Source: Haplodiscus bocki
Taxonomy: Eukaryota
Length of the DNA stretch: 64,000 nucleotides
Direction: 5' to 3'
Assembly (NCBI GenBank): GCA_965655095.1
Contig: OZ296659.1
Span: 66,154,001 to 66,218,000 of the forward strand
A program made the translations under genes and the position numbers. Of this stretch, positions 62,131 to 64,000 are shown piece by piece. The notes under the pieces were generated by a model. It had not been told where the DNA came from. It saw only the letters and a list, made by a program, of their open reading frames with translations, and did no database searches. Within the stretch, counting starts at the first letter, position 1. The number at the start of each line of letters is the position of its first letter.

Positions 62131-64000
62131 TAACGGTTTGACATGATCAACTGCAAGGTTCGCCCTATATCCAAAATCAAGAAACGTAAACTTGCGTAAA
62201 ATCTAAAATGAAGATATAAAAATTGAAAAAAAAGACAAAGGAGAATATTAAAATAGTATTCAAGAAAGTATTCATTAATCCATGCAGAAGTAGTGCAGAA
62301 CGAAAATACTTTGTTTAGGAAAGTGAGCATTTCGACAAAACTTATGGCGGAGAAGCAATTGATGTGTCGAGCGGGCAAGTTTCTTGACGTATCTACATTC
62401 ATCTTTCCTCTTCAAAATGAACAATTCCGGTTGTAGCTGTTATGACAACGACCGAGCATATCAAAACAACAACAGGGGCCTTGCGAGAATCAACGGGGCC
62501 TTCCAGAAAGACTTTTGTTACAATGCGATCTTTTCTTCGGCTCAGTGAAAAAACCATGTTGGTAAAAAAAATTGCAATAAAACAGTGTCATTAGGCAAAA
62601 TTAAGCACTAATTGGCATGCTGATTGGCAGAATTTGATGAACTAACAGGAACTCAGTTGATGGAGAGCACTTGCTCGCAGAGCAATAGCGCGGATGATAT
62701 GAACGGATAACGGAAAAATTTTTTGCTTAAAGCTAATGGCTGGTGCAAGTGAGTGCTGGATAGTATTGACTAATAATAAAATGACTCAGTTATTGAACAA
62801 TTTCATTCATATGACCTCTTAGTTCATACAATCATCGCCACAATTTGTTACACTTTCTGACTTAAAATCGTATGCTTAATTTTTATCCTGTCCAGAACTT
62901 GTATTTTTTACGTCATCGGAGAGTCTATTCATTTAGTTTAAACGGTCAACAAGAGCTCTTTTTTCAGACACTTTGTTAAGTATTTCTTCATTTTTGCGTT
63001 CTGGAAAGTGCAAATTTTCGGAGCATAGGTCTGAAGAATGAACAACAGCATTCTAAAAGGTAATGTTCCTTATTGCAATGTTTTGAATTTGACAAAGTGT
63101 GGGCAGTGTATTAGGTGTCCCCAAAACATCGTTACATGTAACATCTTTTAGATCTCAAGATGATAATTATTCTTAAACAAGAAAGTTCTTTCAAGTCGCC
63201 ACATACCGCCTGCCAATCATCAAAATTGGCAATTCCTTTGAATCTCAAACTGCGGAAATAACCACTGTAGGTTCAAATTATGCAAGTTTTTCTTCGATCT
63301 TTCAACTAAAAGCCACAAGTCCTCACAATTGGCCAGATAGATGAGAAACTTCTCAAGCTTTTTTGACGTCTTGTTGACTAACTTTAATCATTTTAATGGC
63401 TCGATTTTCACAAATAGCGTTGTTTTGGGATACCGAGTTTTTTTCATTTTTGCTTTGTTAAACGTGCAAACTATTTAAGCATTAGGGACAAATCGACGTA
63501 ATTTGAAAATATATGATTGGCAGATATCTATTTTTGAAAATGAGACCCTTGACAGGTAGTTGTCCTAACTTCACTTTTCCGTACAAACTTTTGATTGACA
63601 GCTGGCGTAGTGTCAGTCACATCTAAGTGTCAGTCACATCTCCAGTATGGCTTCAAATGTGTTGTGGAATCCATGATTCCAACTGACAAATCAGAATACA
63701 TTGCCTACTTCCGCTTCGCCTCTGTGTTTTTTATCCCTGATGATTCGTGCTAGAATTGCTCCACTCAATGTTTGCCATGTTCGACCTCAGTGTTCTTATT
63801 TCGTCATCAACACATACAAAGTGACTTCTCTGTTGTTTCTCAGAAGTTATAGAATTTTTTAATACTGCTAATAGGGTAGAACACAAGCAGCATATCCCTT
63901 CTCAATGCTTTTGCTCGGAGTTTGATATCAGTTTGATGGCTGGGTATCCACTTAGATTACACCCCTTGCTAGTGAACAGATGATTCAGGAACAATCAATT

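Noticed and set aside
63609-63641. Short direct duplication agtgtcagtcacatct
   Set aside because: Ordinary slippage event
62600-63850. hAT-like transposase remnant on the minus strand
   Set aside because: Only faint motif resemblance; catalytic motifs not recoverable by eye
1-64000. Intact active virus, prophage or bacterial operon
   Set aside because: All recognisable genes carry stops or frameshifts and belong to eukaryotic mobile element families

Overview
Eukaryotic, repeat-saturated region (animal-like by inference) with no recognisable host gene, RNA gene or CRISPR array, and a 200-N scaffold gap at 19877-20076. Almost every coding region is decayed, so I reassembled proteins by eye across frameshifts; identity values are by-eye estimates. 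Order: (1) 1-7215, AT-rich Polinton/Maverick remnant (Zn-ribbon ORF, Gly-cleavage-site ORF, HNH nuclease, integrase, ZnF-pPolB). (2) 8558-19876, Gypsy-1 LTR retrotransposon (+) with gag, TTTAAAC slippery site, PR-RT-RH-IN and about 4 kb of 3' accessory, mostly antisense, ORFs. (3) Gypsy-2 (-), split into ~21000-31177 (pol plus ~6 kb accessory region) and 56536-58554 (gag, 5' LTR). (4) The split is caused by a 25.4-kb Polinton composite (31178-56535) with TIRs and an apparent 7-bp TSD. It contains a second, inverted Polinton (40890-51485), forming a large imperfect palindrome with signs of arm-to-arm sequence exchange. (5) 59430-62130, a LINE 3' fragment and two MULE-like remnants ending in RING fingers. 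Best novelty candidates: an apparently homologous antisense ORF in two divergent Gypsy families, and the nested palindromic Polinton.
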